The notes: a model not told the origin generated them from the letters alone. Shown: positions 39,130-52,213, numbered from the stretch's first letter. The stretch is 64,000 bases of DNA from Octopus sinensis (GCF_006345805.1 NC_043010.1:39060001-39124000); one strand, 5' to 3'. Made by a program: numbers and translations.

Positions 39130-39369
39130 TTCCTTCTCGAGCCATGCCAGGCTCAAACGGTTTCTCGTTTTCAGTGGCGTAGAAATTCGCCACCTGGACG
39201 GGAGGCCATTCCGTCGCAGATTACTCATTCTTGTCACCTGAGTGGACTGGAGCAACGTGAAATGAAGTGTTTTGCTCAAGAACACAACGCATCGCTCGGT
39301 CACGGAATCGAAACCACAACCATACGATTATGAGTTCAATACCCTAAGCACTACGCCACGCGCCTCCAC
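39130..39369 (-). mobile_element. SINE family D
   Basis: Reverse complement reads GTGGAGGCGCGTGGCGTAGTGCTTAGGG...TTCGATTCCG...GTTCTTGAGCAAAACACTTCATTTCACGTTGCTCCAG. A fragment of the same family lies at ~38408-38577. Confidence 0.85.
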
Positions 39370-39387
39370 TCTCTCTCTGTATATATA

Positions 39388-39419
<32 letters not shown>

Positions 39420-39420
39420 G

Positions 39421-39475
<55 letters not shown>

Positions 39476-41014
39476 TATAATATATATGTATATCTATTAT
39501 TTATATTATATATCTATTATATTATATATATGTTATATATGTATTATACATACATATATATGCTAGCAAATAGACCACCCTCCGAGTGGCTTTCTGCTCT
39601 TTAAGCCTGGGTTGTGTATATGTTTATATTACAGAGATAGTGTGCGTGTGAGAGGGAGAGAGACCATTGCAAACAATGAATGAATTAAACATGAAATGGA
39701 AAGAGCGTATAAATAAAAGCTCGTTAAAATCTATTGGCATTCTTTGGGTTGAAACCTCAGAAATGCCAAAATGAACAGCTGGTCTTGTTCGCTAATTTCC
39801 GTAGAATGTTTTTATTTATCTACTTTTGTTTTAAAGTGAAAGAGAGGTGAAAGTGAAATATGTATGTACGTGTATATGAAATGGACGTATGTATGTGTGT
39901 AAGAGAGAGAGAGAGAGAGGGAAAGAGTGTGTGAGCGCCATTTAGACATCACTCTCGCTCTCCCCGTTTCACACACACATATACATACGAAAAAGATGTA
40001 GGTATATGTATGTACGTGTACAAGTAAACGAAAACATACCTCTTCACTCATTCTGTCTGTCAGTCTGTCTGCCTTTCTCTCTCACACACAAAGACACACA
40101 CATATATATAAATATATATAAACGTACATACAAAAACACACATGTGTGTGTGTATGACTGACTGCAATTACACAGAGGTGAACAAGGCGCGCAAAAAGTA
40201 AAATAAATTTTTTTTACAGAAATTAACGAAGCGAGCGGGTTCAAGGGAAAGAATGCCAAACTGGCAAAATAATGCCAAACTATCTTGTACTGAATATTTA
40301 TATTTGTCAACTTGAAAGCTTGAATCATAAAAGAAAGTTCAGAAAGTAAACTTTTGCGAAAACTTCAATTTATAAAAAATCTCAGTTGCTTAGTAAATAT
40401 TTCTTTCAGTAATTTATCGTAGTTGTAATATATATGTAATTTAAAGAAACGTGAAGATAAGCCTAGCACGTTTAGCATGCTAGAAATAGCAGTGATCACA
40501 TAGTTATTATTGTAAGACTTGTAGCGTTCCAAACAGCCATAGCAACAATATCACTTTATTTTCTTTTAAAAAATTATACGGATATACTATACCATGGAGA
40601 CATCAAAGTTATACAGCTACTTTTTCTAATAGCATTCATTCATTCAATAAATATTTATTTTTTTACATTGCATATGTAGAATAAACTGTTTAATTTGCAA
40701 ATAACGCATGAAAACTTGAAATGAAAACACTGAAATGAATATATATTAAATTATCATTAAAGATAATACAAGCGAGAGAGAGAGTGAGAGACTGTTGCAA
40801 ATAACAACGGAAAATTTCGCCTGCTAGTTAATATTGTTTACTAAACCTACTCCGTAGTGAACGCAAGGAATATTGCAATTAGTTAAAAACTTCTAGTTCA
40901 AATACCCCATAAAATTCAGAAAGCAAAACTACAGGAATTTTCTTCTAGCATGAATTTATAAAAAAATATAATATAGAAAAAATTCCAAGCGCTGAAGCTT
41001 TCTTTTAGTATGTA

Positions 41015-41068
<54 letters not shown>

Positions 41069-41194
41069 CTATATATTATATATATGATATGTATATATAC
41101 TATATATGTACATTACATAGATACATATATATACATATATATACACATACATATATATAATATATATACATATATATACACATACATATATATA

Positions 41195-41242
<48 letters not shown>

Positions 41243-41387
41243 GATGAGTGTATTTTACCTTGTTAACAATTAACACGGAAAAATAAATAAATAGTTACCA
41301 GGGCAGCAAAAATCTCACAAGTAAAGATGTTGTAACTCCTTGTTTATAAAGGTTGAAACTTCGTGTTTACGTTGAATATTTTGAATA

Positions 41388-42040
41388 ATATGAATAAAAA
41401 TGGAGTTAACGCAGGTTTAAACAAGTATTTTTACTTTCTACATATGTTTCGAAAATTCCACTGATACTATTCAAATGAATAAAAGGTATAAACAATGCAA
41501 TCTTCTCTTCGGGAAAGTGAAAAAACGAAACTCGTCAATACGTCATTTTAGCAAAAAATGATTGATTCGTATAGAACGCTATTAATATTGTTTAAAAAAA
41601 CGTTATGTGATATAACATCATAATTTCGATACCATATGACAAAGGCAAGAAATTCTGTCTTCTCTGCAATTCCGAGCTATTTTTCATTATTTTTTCTAAA
41701 AATACTCTAGTAAACACGGTTATAGAACGAGCATACAGATGTAAGCATTGGCAGAAACATACTTTCAGTGCATATAAGTAGTCTCTATATCGTTTTTTAA
41801 AACAATATTAATATCGTTTTTTAAAACAATATTAATAGCGTTCTGTCTATCGCTATACGAATCCATCATTTTTTGCTAAAATGTCGTATTGACGAGTTTC
41901 GTTTTTTCACTTTCCCGAAGAGAAGATTGCATTGTTTATACCTTTTATTCATTTGAATAGTATCAGTGGAAGTTTCGAAACATATGTAGAAAGTAAAAAT
42001 ACTTGTTTAAACCTGCGTTAACTCCATTTTTTATTCATAT
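41388..42040. repeat. Inverted repeat with ~215-bp arms (Penelope-like terminus), each arm with a hammerhead-like motif
   Basis: 41388-41602 is the reverse complement of 41815-42040, apart from an ~8-bp insertion and a few substitutions. ~190-bp spacer; a 24-bp tandem duplication sits at the right-arm junction. Confidence 0.92.
41909..41994 (+). ncRNA. Type I hammerhead-like motif with U4C core variant (mirror copy at 41433-41518, minus strand)
   Basis: Stem I ACUUUC/GAAAGU; core CCGAAGA; stem II base GAAG/UUUC around a long insert; GAA; self-complementary stem III ACAUAUGU; triplet GUA. Confidence 0.55.
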
Positions 42041-42041
42041 A

Positions 42042-42080
<39 letters not shown>

Positions 42081-44738
42081 CAGATGAATAACCAGAGGTA
42101 ATGCGGGACGATCATCTCACGCAACTGCATTTAATCGAACAATGCCATTACATCAATTTAAATGCAGAGCAATCCTCAGCTGCACAAAGACAGAGTTTAA
42201 TTGAATTAAAATAGATGGACACATTAGTATAATTTTGCCTGAAATCTCCAAGAAATTAAGGCGATAGACAATGAACATGCTGCCCTAGTTACAGACTTTG
42301 CTTGTCATTATTATATGGGGTCAGTTTTAATTTATAGACTAGTTTTATCAAATCCTTATATATCTAAGGCTGAGTCTGTTAGGCTGAGGGAGTCGACAGA
42401 AATCTTAGCGGGTATAGTCATAAAAAATCACGATTTATTTGAAGCAATATCATGAGATTTGGTAATGGAAAACTTAAATCAAGGTGTTAGCTGACAATTA
42501 AGGGGGCTGGTCACTAGCAGACCATTGATAATGAAAACAGGGGAAATCTTATCTTGTAGTACTATAGTTAAATATTTTAAGCAGTGCTCCAATATTGTAT
42601 AAAGCTAAAGTTTAGAGTTATTCAGAGGATTATTAAGAAGAATAATTATAACAAAAGGATAAAATGTTTTATGAATACTTTTGAGTATATATCAAATTTT
42701 TCCCACAATAGTGAGAGGAAAAAATATCCAGAAATAATTTAGTATTTATACATATTATAAACTTAAATTCTAATTTATCAGATGGTATCAATGAGTATTA
42801 ATCAATTGGTATATACAGGTATTAATAAAGGGGTACTAAGGTAAATGAACATGCTAACTATATATAAATTTAATTATAATCTAAGACCAGCAAGCATTTT
42901 GTGTATTTCAGAGATTCACATAAAGCAAAGACCCTACGTGGAGATGGTTAAAACGCCTTGTTTAAAGTATATCATGAATAAAAAGCAAAAATAAAACAAA
43001 GCAAAAAAAAAACTCACACAAAACAAAGAACTTATGAAGGAACATAACTATCGAAGAAATATATGAATGTGTATGTGGAATTATAAATCCTGTTAGTAAG
43101 TCGTTGTTTTCAGAAACATTAGAATGGAGAGAAAAATATGCGATTAGTTATGTCCTGTGTTTAAGTGGCTACGTTGCCGATAAGAGAAATACACGTGAAA
43201 TACTATGGTCGATGCAATCTGTTGTCCACTACCATTAAAAGATACAGTCTCCTCTCTGTATTAGAAATTTCTTTAATGTACTGTCAAAAGGGGTTGATGG
43301 CAGGATCGATATATTTGCAGGTTAATGTAAGTTCCTTGTAGTGTTTGTTAAAACCCGTATATATTCTCATTTGTTGACATCGGCTTTCTTTCAGTCCATT
43401 GTTCTAAAGGAACCCTGAAATCCGATCGGAGTTTCCTTCCTGTAATCATGTAGTTTAACTTGGAAAATTACGAAATTGTTAATATATTAAAATCAACGAA
43501 CTTTAGGTGAGTTAAAATATGTTTGTGACATTTTTATTTTCGCTCTGACAATTGCCGCCAGGTACATCTTCTCTCCATCCAACAAATAACGAAATATGGT
43601 TAATTAAGAATTTCTTTGTGGGTGGTATTAACAATGTCAATCTTTAAATTAATTACACAGTTCCATGCAAATCGGCATGTTCGAGTTATTTTTTTTTTCT
43701 ATTTTTAATTAGTCTAATAGGTGGTATGTGCTGTAGGCCTACAATTGTTCAGAGCTGATGTATCTCGTTGTCCTGCAGAAGAAGAAGAAAGATAAGAAAA
43801 AGCGAATAAGCATTAAACCTCCGAGAAAGTGTTTACGCATCTGTCGATATTCATGATAAGAAAAAAGAATTTATGAACCTTAGTGCCTATTGTAAGATAA
43901 CATCTGAGATCAATGACCCGAAATGTGTGGACGAATATTCAAATCTACTACATTTTCTCTTAAATACTGGTACAACTGGGTTCATGCTGAAATATTTCTT
44001 TTAACAACCCGGAGCATTATTATTCTTTTGATTCTTCGACTGTAATGTGTATTACAGTTGCATAAGATTCTTCCTCATCTGGTCTCTGACTTATGCTGCT
44101 CTCATCCTCTCTCTCTCTCTCTCTCTCTCGTAATTGTGTTTCACATCACCATTCCGAATCTTTAATATTCTTCTGCAAATACAAAGAATTCGAAGTGACC
44201 TTTGTATAAAGAAAAAACACCCGAAAAACCTAAGCATTTGTTTTTTATAAGACACAAAAAAACCCATTCAGTTGATACATCTCACGGCTTGTTCATTATT
44301 CTGAGATTTGATTGGCTTCTAAACTTATGTAAATAAGATTATGCAAATTACTGTGTGAATTGCTAACAAACAATGAAACTCTTTTACGCTATTTTTCTCT
44401 TCGAATGTTGTTGCTCTGCTCATGATTGCTTTTAACTGCTCGTATCTCCATATACGTGTCAGAGTCTAGCTGCAAATAGTTCTCTCCATGATACATAATA
44501 TCTCACACCCTGTGGTTCACTTTCCTCCTTTAGTTCTTTGTTTTTTTGTTTGTTTGTTTCTTTCTCTCTCTCTCCGTCTAATACAGAAAATCAGTCACAG
44601 ATACGCCAACACACACATGTACTCATATGTATGTATGCATATATGTATACATATATACATATAATTATAAAGAAACATATATATGCACTTATATATACAT
44701 GGTTTTATATATATATATATGTATGCATATGTATATAT

Positions 44739-44799
<61 letters not shown>

Positions 44800-45052
44800 G
44801 TGTGTGTGTGTGTGTATGGGTGTGTGTTTACATATGTGTGTGCGTGTATATTTATTGTATAAACATACACAGTCGGACACACACGCAGGACACACACACA
44901 GACACAGACTCACACACAAACACACTCACACATATAGACGTTTCGATACGTACATATACGTAATTTACGCTTTCATTCTTTGCAATTTTGTGTATATATT
45001 CTTTTAATTCAGGAAAATGCAGCTATTCATCTATCTATCCATCAATCCATTC

Positions 45053-45125
<73 letters not shown>

Positions 45126-45871
45126 CCTGTCTGTCTATCTATCTATCTATCTATCTATCTATCATCTATCTATCTATCTATCTATCTATCGATTCTATCT
45201 ATTTATTCATCCATCCATTTCCTCGCCTCTTATTTATTATTTATTAGCTGCTCTATATTTCTCGCTGTTTTCTTCACCATTATCTGTGAGTACTGTATTG
45301 GCTACATGTCTAAATCGGAATTAAAACAAGTACAGAGAATCCCTCTTTTGTAGGTAGAGAAAAACTGACATGAACATGGCAAGAATTGGAATTGCTAATG
45401 ATGCGCCCAGTATTCCATTCACGTTTCAATCTCTGTTACTTATTCATTGGAATGTGGGGAAGAAAAATGGCGAAGAAAATAATGCTCAGAATGATGTGGA
45501 AGTGTTGAAAGTTCGAAAAATAAATAAATATATATTTTAAATTTTAATCATATCGAAACCCACAGATGCAATGAATATAAAACATTACAGAAAAGTAAAA
45601 GGGGGACGAGAGAGAGGGAGGGAGAGCGAGAGATAGAGAGAGAGAAAGAGAGAGAGAGAGAAAAAGAAAGAGAGAGAAAGAGAGAGAGAGATATATAAAG
45701 AAATAGCGGAAGAGAGATATTGATTGATAAAGAGAGATAGTGATAGAGAAGAATAACAATTGTTTCTTTAGAATACTTTGTCATCATGATTTTATTATTA
45801 TTGTTTTTGTCACTTGTTTTTGTTGTTGTTCTTTTTCTTCTTTCATGCTTTTCTTCTTTTTATTATATATC

Positions 45872-46255
45872 AAGGTGGTGGACTTGAAGAATCCTGACAA
45901 AACACTTATCAGCATTTGTTCTGGCTATCGGATTCTGAGCTCAAACTCCGCTGAGATCGACTTTGCCTTTCATCATATAGCAATCGATAAAAGAGGTCCA
46001 AATTAATATCTAATATCTAGCTTAGTCGATATAATCGACCAAACCCCATTCATTCCAAAATTTAAACTTTGTCTTTAAAACAGAATGTATTATTGTTATA
46101 GAATCATTTGCACATCGGAGAAAATTTTTAGCAGTGTTTCTTCCAACACATTGCGTTCTCAGTCCAAATCCATCCGAGCTCGACTTGCATTTCATTTCTT
46201 ACAGGGGTTAATAAATTAAATGCTAGTTGAGCAATGGGGCTCAATACAATCAAAA
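45872..46255 (+). mobile_element. Two old SINE family C copies
   Basis: GAGCTCAAACTCCGCTGAGATCGACTTTGCCTTTCATC at ~45937 and CCGAGCTCGACTTGCATTTCAT at ~46173. Confidence 0.65.
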
Positions 46256-46533
46256 TACCCCTCCAAAAAGATCTTAAACCGTTTGCCTGTAATATTATTA
46301 TATATCTTATCGTTGATATTTCGTAGATATATTTATATTCCATATCTTTGGTACTTTACAGAGCACAGCTGTGCTTTCCTTTTCAAGGGATGTCTTATTG
46401 GCTTGTTTATCGTATTGCACGGAATAAGTTGACAGTGACTCAAAATAATATTTTCTTTAGGTTATTGTGTCCTGAGTCACATATATTGAGTTCTGAACAT
46501 TTGGTTATGTGTTTGCTTATAAACTATTACAAT

Positions 46534-46666
46534 AGGAGCAGGCGAGGTAAAAAGCTTGCTTACCATCCACATGCGGGGCACCTTGGGAAAGTGCCTTCTG
46601 CTATAGCCTTGGATCGACCAAAGGATTGTGAGTGGACTTGGTAGAAACTGAAAGTAGGCCGTAGTA
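46534..46666 (+). mobile_element. SINE family A 5' half (probable 3' half at 50181-50343)
   Basis: GGCACCTTGGGAAAGTGCCTTCTGCTATAGCC...GAAACTGAAAG then (TA)n. The complementary 3' half (TTGACAACCGG...GCGGTGCTCCAGCATGGCCGCAG...ACAAGTATAAGAATAAAA) resumes at 50181. Confidence 0.75.
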
Positions 46667-46720
46667 TATATATATATATATATATTGGAAAGTTTGGAGA
46701 TGATGTACAGGTATTATATC

Positions 46721-46786
46721 TTAGAAGAAATGAGGTAATCAGAAGATCGGATGGTGTATATTTACAGATATTTATTTATATATTAC

Positions 46787-46860
<74 letters not shown>

Positions 46861-47052
46861 TATCACTTAGATCATTAGCGCTTTCTCCCATTCTAGTGGG
46901 GTTTTCAAATCAAACTGTTTTGAAAACCCCACTAGAATGGGAGAAAGCGCTAATGATCTAAGTGATATGATATATATATAAAACATGTAATATATAAATA
47001 AATATCTGTAAATATTAACCATCCGATCTTCTGATTACCTCATTTCTTCTAA
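46721..47052. repeat. Nested fold-back palindrome
   Basis: Perfect 52-bp inner arms 46858-46909 / 46919-46970 with a 9-nt loop. Outer arms 46721-46788 / 46985-47052 have about two mismatches. Confidence 0.95.
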
Positions 47053-47060
47053 TATATTAT

Positions 47061-47123
<63 letters not shown>

Positions 47124-47159
47124 TATATATATTATACATGTGCGTGTGTGTGTGTGTGT

Positions 47160-50100
47160 ATAAGAAAGAATTAAGATTAAGTCGAATTAGGTTGAGGAAG
47201 GAAAAGTCCGACTTCAGAAAGCAATGGAGATATGCTGCACTAGATGAGAAACCTAGCCTTGCGCTGCTGTATAACGATTTGAAGAGGAAATGTCGTTATG
47301 TGCAACGACATATCTGCCGATATGAGCGTCGAAAAGAAAGTAAAAGGACTCGGGGGCAGTTTCTGAAGGACCCTTACGGGTTTACTAAGAAGCTGTTCCC
47401 TGAACCGAAGAGTGGTACTTTATCGTGCACTAAAGAAGAATTGGATGCTCATATCAAGGAAACCTGCAGCGATCCGTACCGTAACCAGCCCCTGCCACCT
47501 ATACACGGGCTAAATCATCTCTCAGGACTTGATATCGAATTCCAGATTGGGAACATCAGGGAGAGAGAGGTGAATGACTGCGTTAGAAAAGCTAGAGCAA
47601 AGAGTGCCCCAGGAGGTGATGGCGTCTCAAAGTCTACAAGTACTGCAATCGTCTGCGAAAGAAGCTCTTTATCCTACTCCGACAACTGTTGCGCGAGGAG
47701 ACTATAGTAGAGGATTGGTGTAAGGCAGAAGGTATATACCTGCCGAAAGAGGCCAATGCAAAGACCATAAAACAGTTTAGGTCGATATCCTTATTGAATG
47801 TGGAAGGCAAGATATTTATGGGAATTCTGTCGAGGAGAACAGTGGCATATTTACAGAGTAACGGATATGTTGATGAATCTGATCAAAAGGCCGGAATCCC
47901 CGGGATCCCTGGATGCGTTGAACACTGTTTTTCGAATTGGAAAGCGATCCAGGATGCCAAACAGAACAAGAAAAGTCTGAACGTGGTATGACTCGACCTA
48001 GATAACGCGTATGGTTCAGTGCCACACAATTTACTAATAACAGCCATGGACCACTTCCACATTCCTGACAAAGTGATCAAAATAATGAGGATGTACTATG
48101 ACAGTTTCGAAATAAGATTTACAACTGGAAATTTTACAACAAATTGGCACTGATTGGAGGTTGGCATTGCTGCTGGCTGTACAATATCTGTCACGTGGTT
48201 TATCTTAGTCATGGAGTTGATTTTGAAAGGTGTAGATTTTTCGGAACAAATCGCCCATGTACAATCGCCTAAGAAAGCCTTCATGGATGACGTGACACTT
48301 CTAGCTACAGATAAACAAATCACGCAGAATGCCCTCTTGAGATTAGACGAACTTGTAAGGTGGTCGAGGATGCGATTTGTTAAGGGAGAGCAGAAAGAAT
48401 TTAAGTTTCGAATATCTGAAGAAAGCATTCCAACAGTCAAGGAAGAGCTTGGGACGGGTATACGCTGGAACTTTGTCAGACAGAAGTCGTGGGATTGAAA
48501 TTATGAAACAGGCCGAGGCTAGGTTATCAGCGATTGATAATTCGAAGTTACCAGGTAAATATAAAATTTGGTGCGTGCAGTTCGGCTTGTACCCACGACT
48601 TGCGTGACCACTTGTAATATACGAAGTAGCATTGTCACGAGTTGAAAGGATTGAACAAAAATGTAATGTGTTCATTAGAAAGTGGCTAGGCCTACCTCGT
48701 ATGTTGAACAGCTCAGCTCTTTATCATAAAAGTGGTTCGTTGCAGCTACCAATAGCATCAATAGTCGAAATATATAAGCTGGGGAAGATACGGACGAGTC
48801 ATGATGCTGAGAGAATCGAAGGATATGGAAATCATGCGTAACCCACCAGAGGTGAAAACAGCCAGGAAGTGGAAAGCAGAAGCAGAAACTGACAACATCT
48901 TGTCTTCTCTTATACACAGAGAGTTGGTGGGAACAACGCAGAACCATCGGAAAGTACTTGGTTTTGGCGCAGATCAGTTCACACCGTTTGCAAGCATGAT
49001 GCGGAGTGAACGAAGATCTGTTGTTAGCAACAGCGTCAAAACAAGAGAAGCAGAGAGAAGAGAGCTTCATTTGATCCGATGTGTTCATCAAGGTCAGATG
49101 ACGAGATGGGAAGAACATGTTGAGAGGAAGATGAGTTGGGATGAGATGTAGAAGTGGACGACATCTCGGCTGAGTTTCCTGATTCGTTCATCTTATGATG
49201 TTTTGCCATCACCTACGAATCTATTAAGATGAAACGTCTTAGAGAATGACATCTGCAAATGTGGAAAGGTCGGTACACTAAAACATATTCTTTCTAACTG
49301 TTCATTAGCATTGAACAGGTACACATGGGGGCACACTTGGTCCTAAGGTATCTTCAATGCTATAAAGAATCAAATTCATCTCAACAACGCTGAGGAAAAA
49401 CCGTTAAAAGTACCATGAAGAGATTTCATTACCTTCGTGCGACCAGGTCAGCGGATACATTTCAAGAAGAAAATCAAGAAACTTCCTGAGAAAAATGAAA
49501 AGTGGAACGGCTATTGGGAGGTAAAGCAGATTTACCTGGGTGCCAGGTTTTCTTTCTCATCCCAGTTTCGCAGAAACCAGATATTTTGATGTGGTGTGAA
49601 AGAAAGAAAGTTGTAAATATAGTCGAGCTAACGGTTCCTCATGAAGATAATATGGACGCCGCTCGGGCTCGAAAATTGAACCGTTATGAAAGTCTCCTCG
49701 AGGAATGTGAAGACGCAGGCTGAAAAGCGGAACATTTTCCTATCGAAGTCGGATGTAGAGGGTTTGTTGGACACAGTGTGAGACGACTGTTGTTATCGCT
49801 AGGCTTAACTCATCGTAAAGTCAATACCACCATGACTGATATCCAATCTACAGTGGAGAAGGCTAGCCACTGGATTTGGTTAAAAAGAGACGATGGCTAG
49901 AAGTATATTGAGTTCTTCATAACCAGCTGATCTAGCAAGCGGGGCTTCATATCAGTGAGGGGGGCCGGTGCGTATTGATGCCGTCGAGAGGTAGGCCCCG
50001 AAACGGCGCGCATTCTCTCCTGATGACCCCATACACTTGCTAACTTCCGGTATACGGAGCTTTTAACTGGTAGCACTTACATGTGGAAGTTGTTTGCAAG

Positions 50101-50160
50101 ACATCATGAAGCTGAGGCACCAGGTCTGTCCAGTATTTTCCGCACAGCTCGAGGTTAAGT
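47160..50160 (+). mobile_element. 5'-truncated, decayed RLE-type non-LTR retrotransposon, most like the HERO clade
   Basis: RT motifs: KSAPGGDGV, FRSISLLNVEGKIF, QKAGIPGIPGCVEH, V*LDLDNAYGSVPH, GIAAGCTIS, KAFMDDVT, QFGLYPRL, RKWLGLP. Zinc knuckle CKCGKVGTLKHILSNC. RLE region KPDILMW...ELTVPHEDN...RKLNRY, then FPIEVGCRGF. Stop at ~49900 followed by a 3' UTR. Many stops and frameshifts. The clade call rests on the ELTVP(W/H)E motif, by eye. Confidence 0.9.
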
Positions 50161-50395
50161 GAATGAAAATATATAACTATGTGTGTGCCTTTGGGTATGT
50201 ACTTGTCCACCCATCATAACCGATTTGACAACCGGTGTTGGTGTGATTATGTCCCGGTGTCCATGTCTTCGTCTAAGAACCTTTTAATGCGGTGCTCCAG
50301 CATGGCCGCAGTAAAATGACTAAACAAGTATAAGAATAAAAAAATATGCTTTGTTTAAATTCTCAATCAACAATTTCTGACTTACCTGTTACTGG

Positions 50396-50461
<66 letters not shown>

Positions 50462-50557
50462 TAACAATATAGGATGAAGTCCCTTTCTCTACAGAAAATG
50501 AATCCATCAGGAAGCGTGGGCAGTATATTTAAAAAAACCGTTACGGTTGAAGTATAA

Positions 50558-50629
50558 ACATCATATAATTAAGGGCTAAAGAATAACCCTCTTTAGAATA
50601 ACCCTCTTTAGCCCTTAATTATATGATGT
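50558..50629. repeat. Short palindrome with 25-bp arms and an internal 15-bp tandem duplication
   Basis: ACATCATATAATTAAGGGCTAAAGA / TCTTTAGCCCTTAATTATATGATGT; AGAATAACCCTCTTT occurs twice. Confidence 0.9.
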
Positions 50630-50852
50630 ATATATATATATATATATACATATATGGTTATAATTATAATGGAACAAGAACGCAAAATATCCAGACAGAC
50701 GATACGAAGAAAACAAGGACGGCTCCTTCGGAGTTTTCTTTCCTTAGTTGAGTTCCAGATTATCTTTGCAATTTCGGCTGATTATACTCGAGATTGCTAT
50801 AATCTGGCCAACCCCAAGGAAAAACTAACTATACATTTACACACACACACAC

Positions 50853-50914
<62 letters not shown>

Positions 50915-50950
50915 TATATACATATACTCACGTACATACACATGCAAATA

Positions 50951-51099
50951 TATATCCGAACGGGCTTCTTTGATTTTTTATCTGCCGATTCCTCGCACAA
51001 ATTTCGGTCGACATACTGTAGAATAGTAAAAGACACGCTCTAGGAATGAACGCGAACCATGTGGCCGCAAAGTAAACTTCTTGACAGACAGCCACACCT
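50951..51099 (-). mobile_element. SINE family A 5' half, old
   Basis: AACGGGCTTCTTT...GAACGCGAACCATGTGG...ACAGCCACACC. Confidence 0.65.
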
Positions 51100-51129
51100 A
51101 TATTTATGTCTATTCACTTCTGTTTCCTA

Positions 51130-52030
51130 CTGTGTCATTAAATATATGCCACATGAGACTTTTCTTGGTATAATATTGGAAAAAAACATTCTGTAGTCAC
51201 TTGTTTTAGCTTCAGTTTTATTTTGTTGATCATTTGTTACTTATTTTCAAACTCTTCCTAATTGTTGACTTTCTTGAAAACAAAAATTTTCTCTTGCTTA
51301 TATTATACTGTTGTTGTTTTGTAGCTGTTTGTCTTCGTGTTCACTGTATATGTATTAAACACTTACATAGACTTCTGATACATATTTTATGTTAATTTTC
51401 TAGCTGCTCAAAGGCCCAACCTTCTTGTTTTCATTGATTAGTTATTCTCGAAACAGTTTATATTTATATTACATTTCATGTTAGCCTTAATAATTCAATT
51501 AGTGTTCATTTGAAAATATCTTATCAATAACTTATTACTCGAAAAAAGAATTAAACATTCAAACTTATTATCTTAATTATATTAACATTTCTGTTATTCT
51601 TGAGTAATAATTAGTCAGTAATTTTCCAGCCTTTTCCTTTTGTTTATGCCTAGTAATTTGTCAAGTTAATTAATTCTTAAGTATTTGTAATTTTCTGTTT
51701 GATCTAATTCGCTTATTGCTGTTACTCTATGTAAGACTATATTAGTGTTGTTTGATAATTCTTCCATCAAAGCTTGACTGGGTACAACTTTCAAAACTAT
51801 GTTCCTGTTAAATCCTCTTTTGATTTTGTGTACTGTCTTTTTCAATGTTTCTTGCTGTTTATTATCTGCCGCATACAAGTTGTTGTTATCGATACAATCA
51901 ATCTGGTTAATTGTCTTTGCAAAGTATTTACATCCGTGTTCTAACTGGTCTAGCATACTATTTAAATGGCCATTGTTAGAAAGAAAAACAAGTTTTCGTA
52001 AGGGTGTCCTCGGAAAATTTTTATTCTGAA
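51130..52030 (-). mobile_element. Decayed R4/Dong-clade LINE RT fragment
   Basis: ORF 51666-51956 contains NNLYAADNKQQETLKKTVHK...ISELDQTENYKYLRIN, matching the post-YMDD DLKLYA...YKYLGI region of R4/Dong RTs. Boundaries approximate. Confidence 0.6.
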
Positions 52031-52109
52031 AAAATATCTACATAAATATATAAATATGTAAACACAACCCCACCATTTACTGACTTATATAGATATATAT
52101 AGACATATG

Positions 52110-52163
<54 letters not shown>

Positions 52164-52165
52164 CA

Positions 52166-52212
<47 letters not shown>

Positions 52213-52213
<1 letters not shown>

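Noticed and set aside
43200-43480. YMITGRKLRSD on the minus strand resembling a Ty3/gypsy integrase C-terminus
   Set aside because: One short motif with no LTR or other domains.
43700-44200. Strong minus-strand polypyrimidine/CAG acceptor at ~43776 and an acidic peptide at ~44020-44110
   Set aside because: All frames close quickly and a (GA)n tract breaks the frame. Cannot be tied to a gene.
49974-50030. CUGAUGA and GAAAC in the LINE 3' UTR as a hammerhead
   Set aside because: The order and the flanking helices do not give stems I-III with a UH triplet. Reported instead as a pseudoknot candidate.
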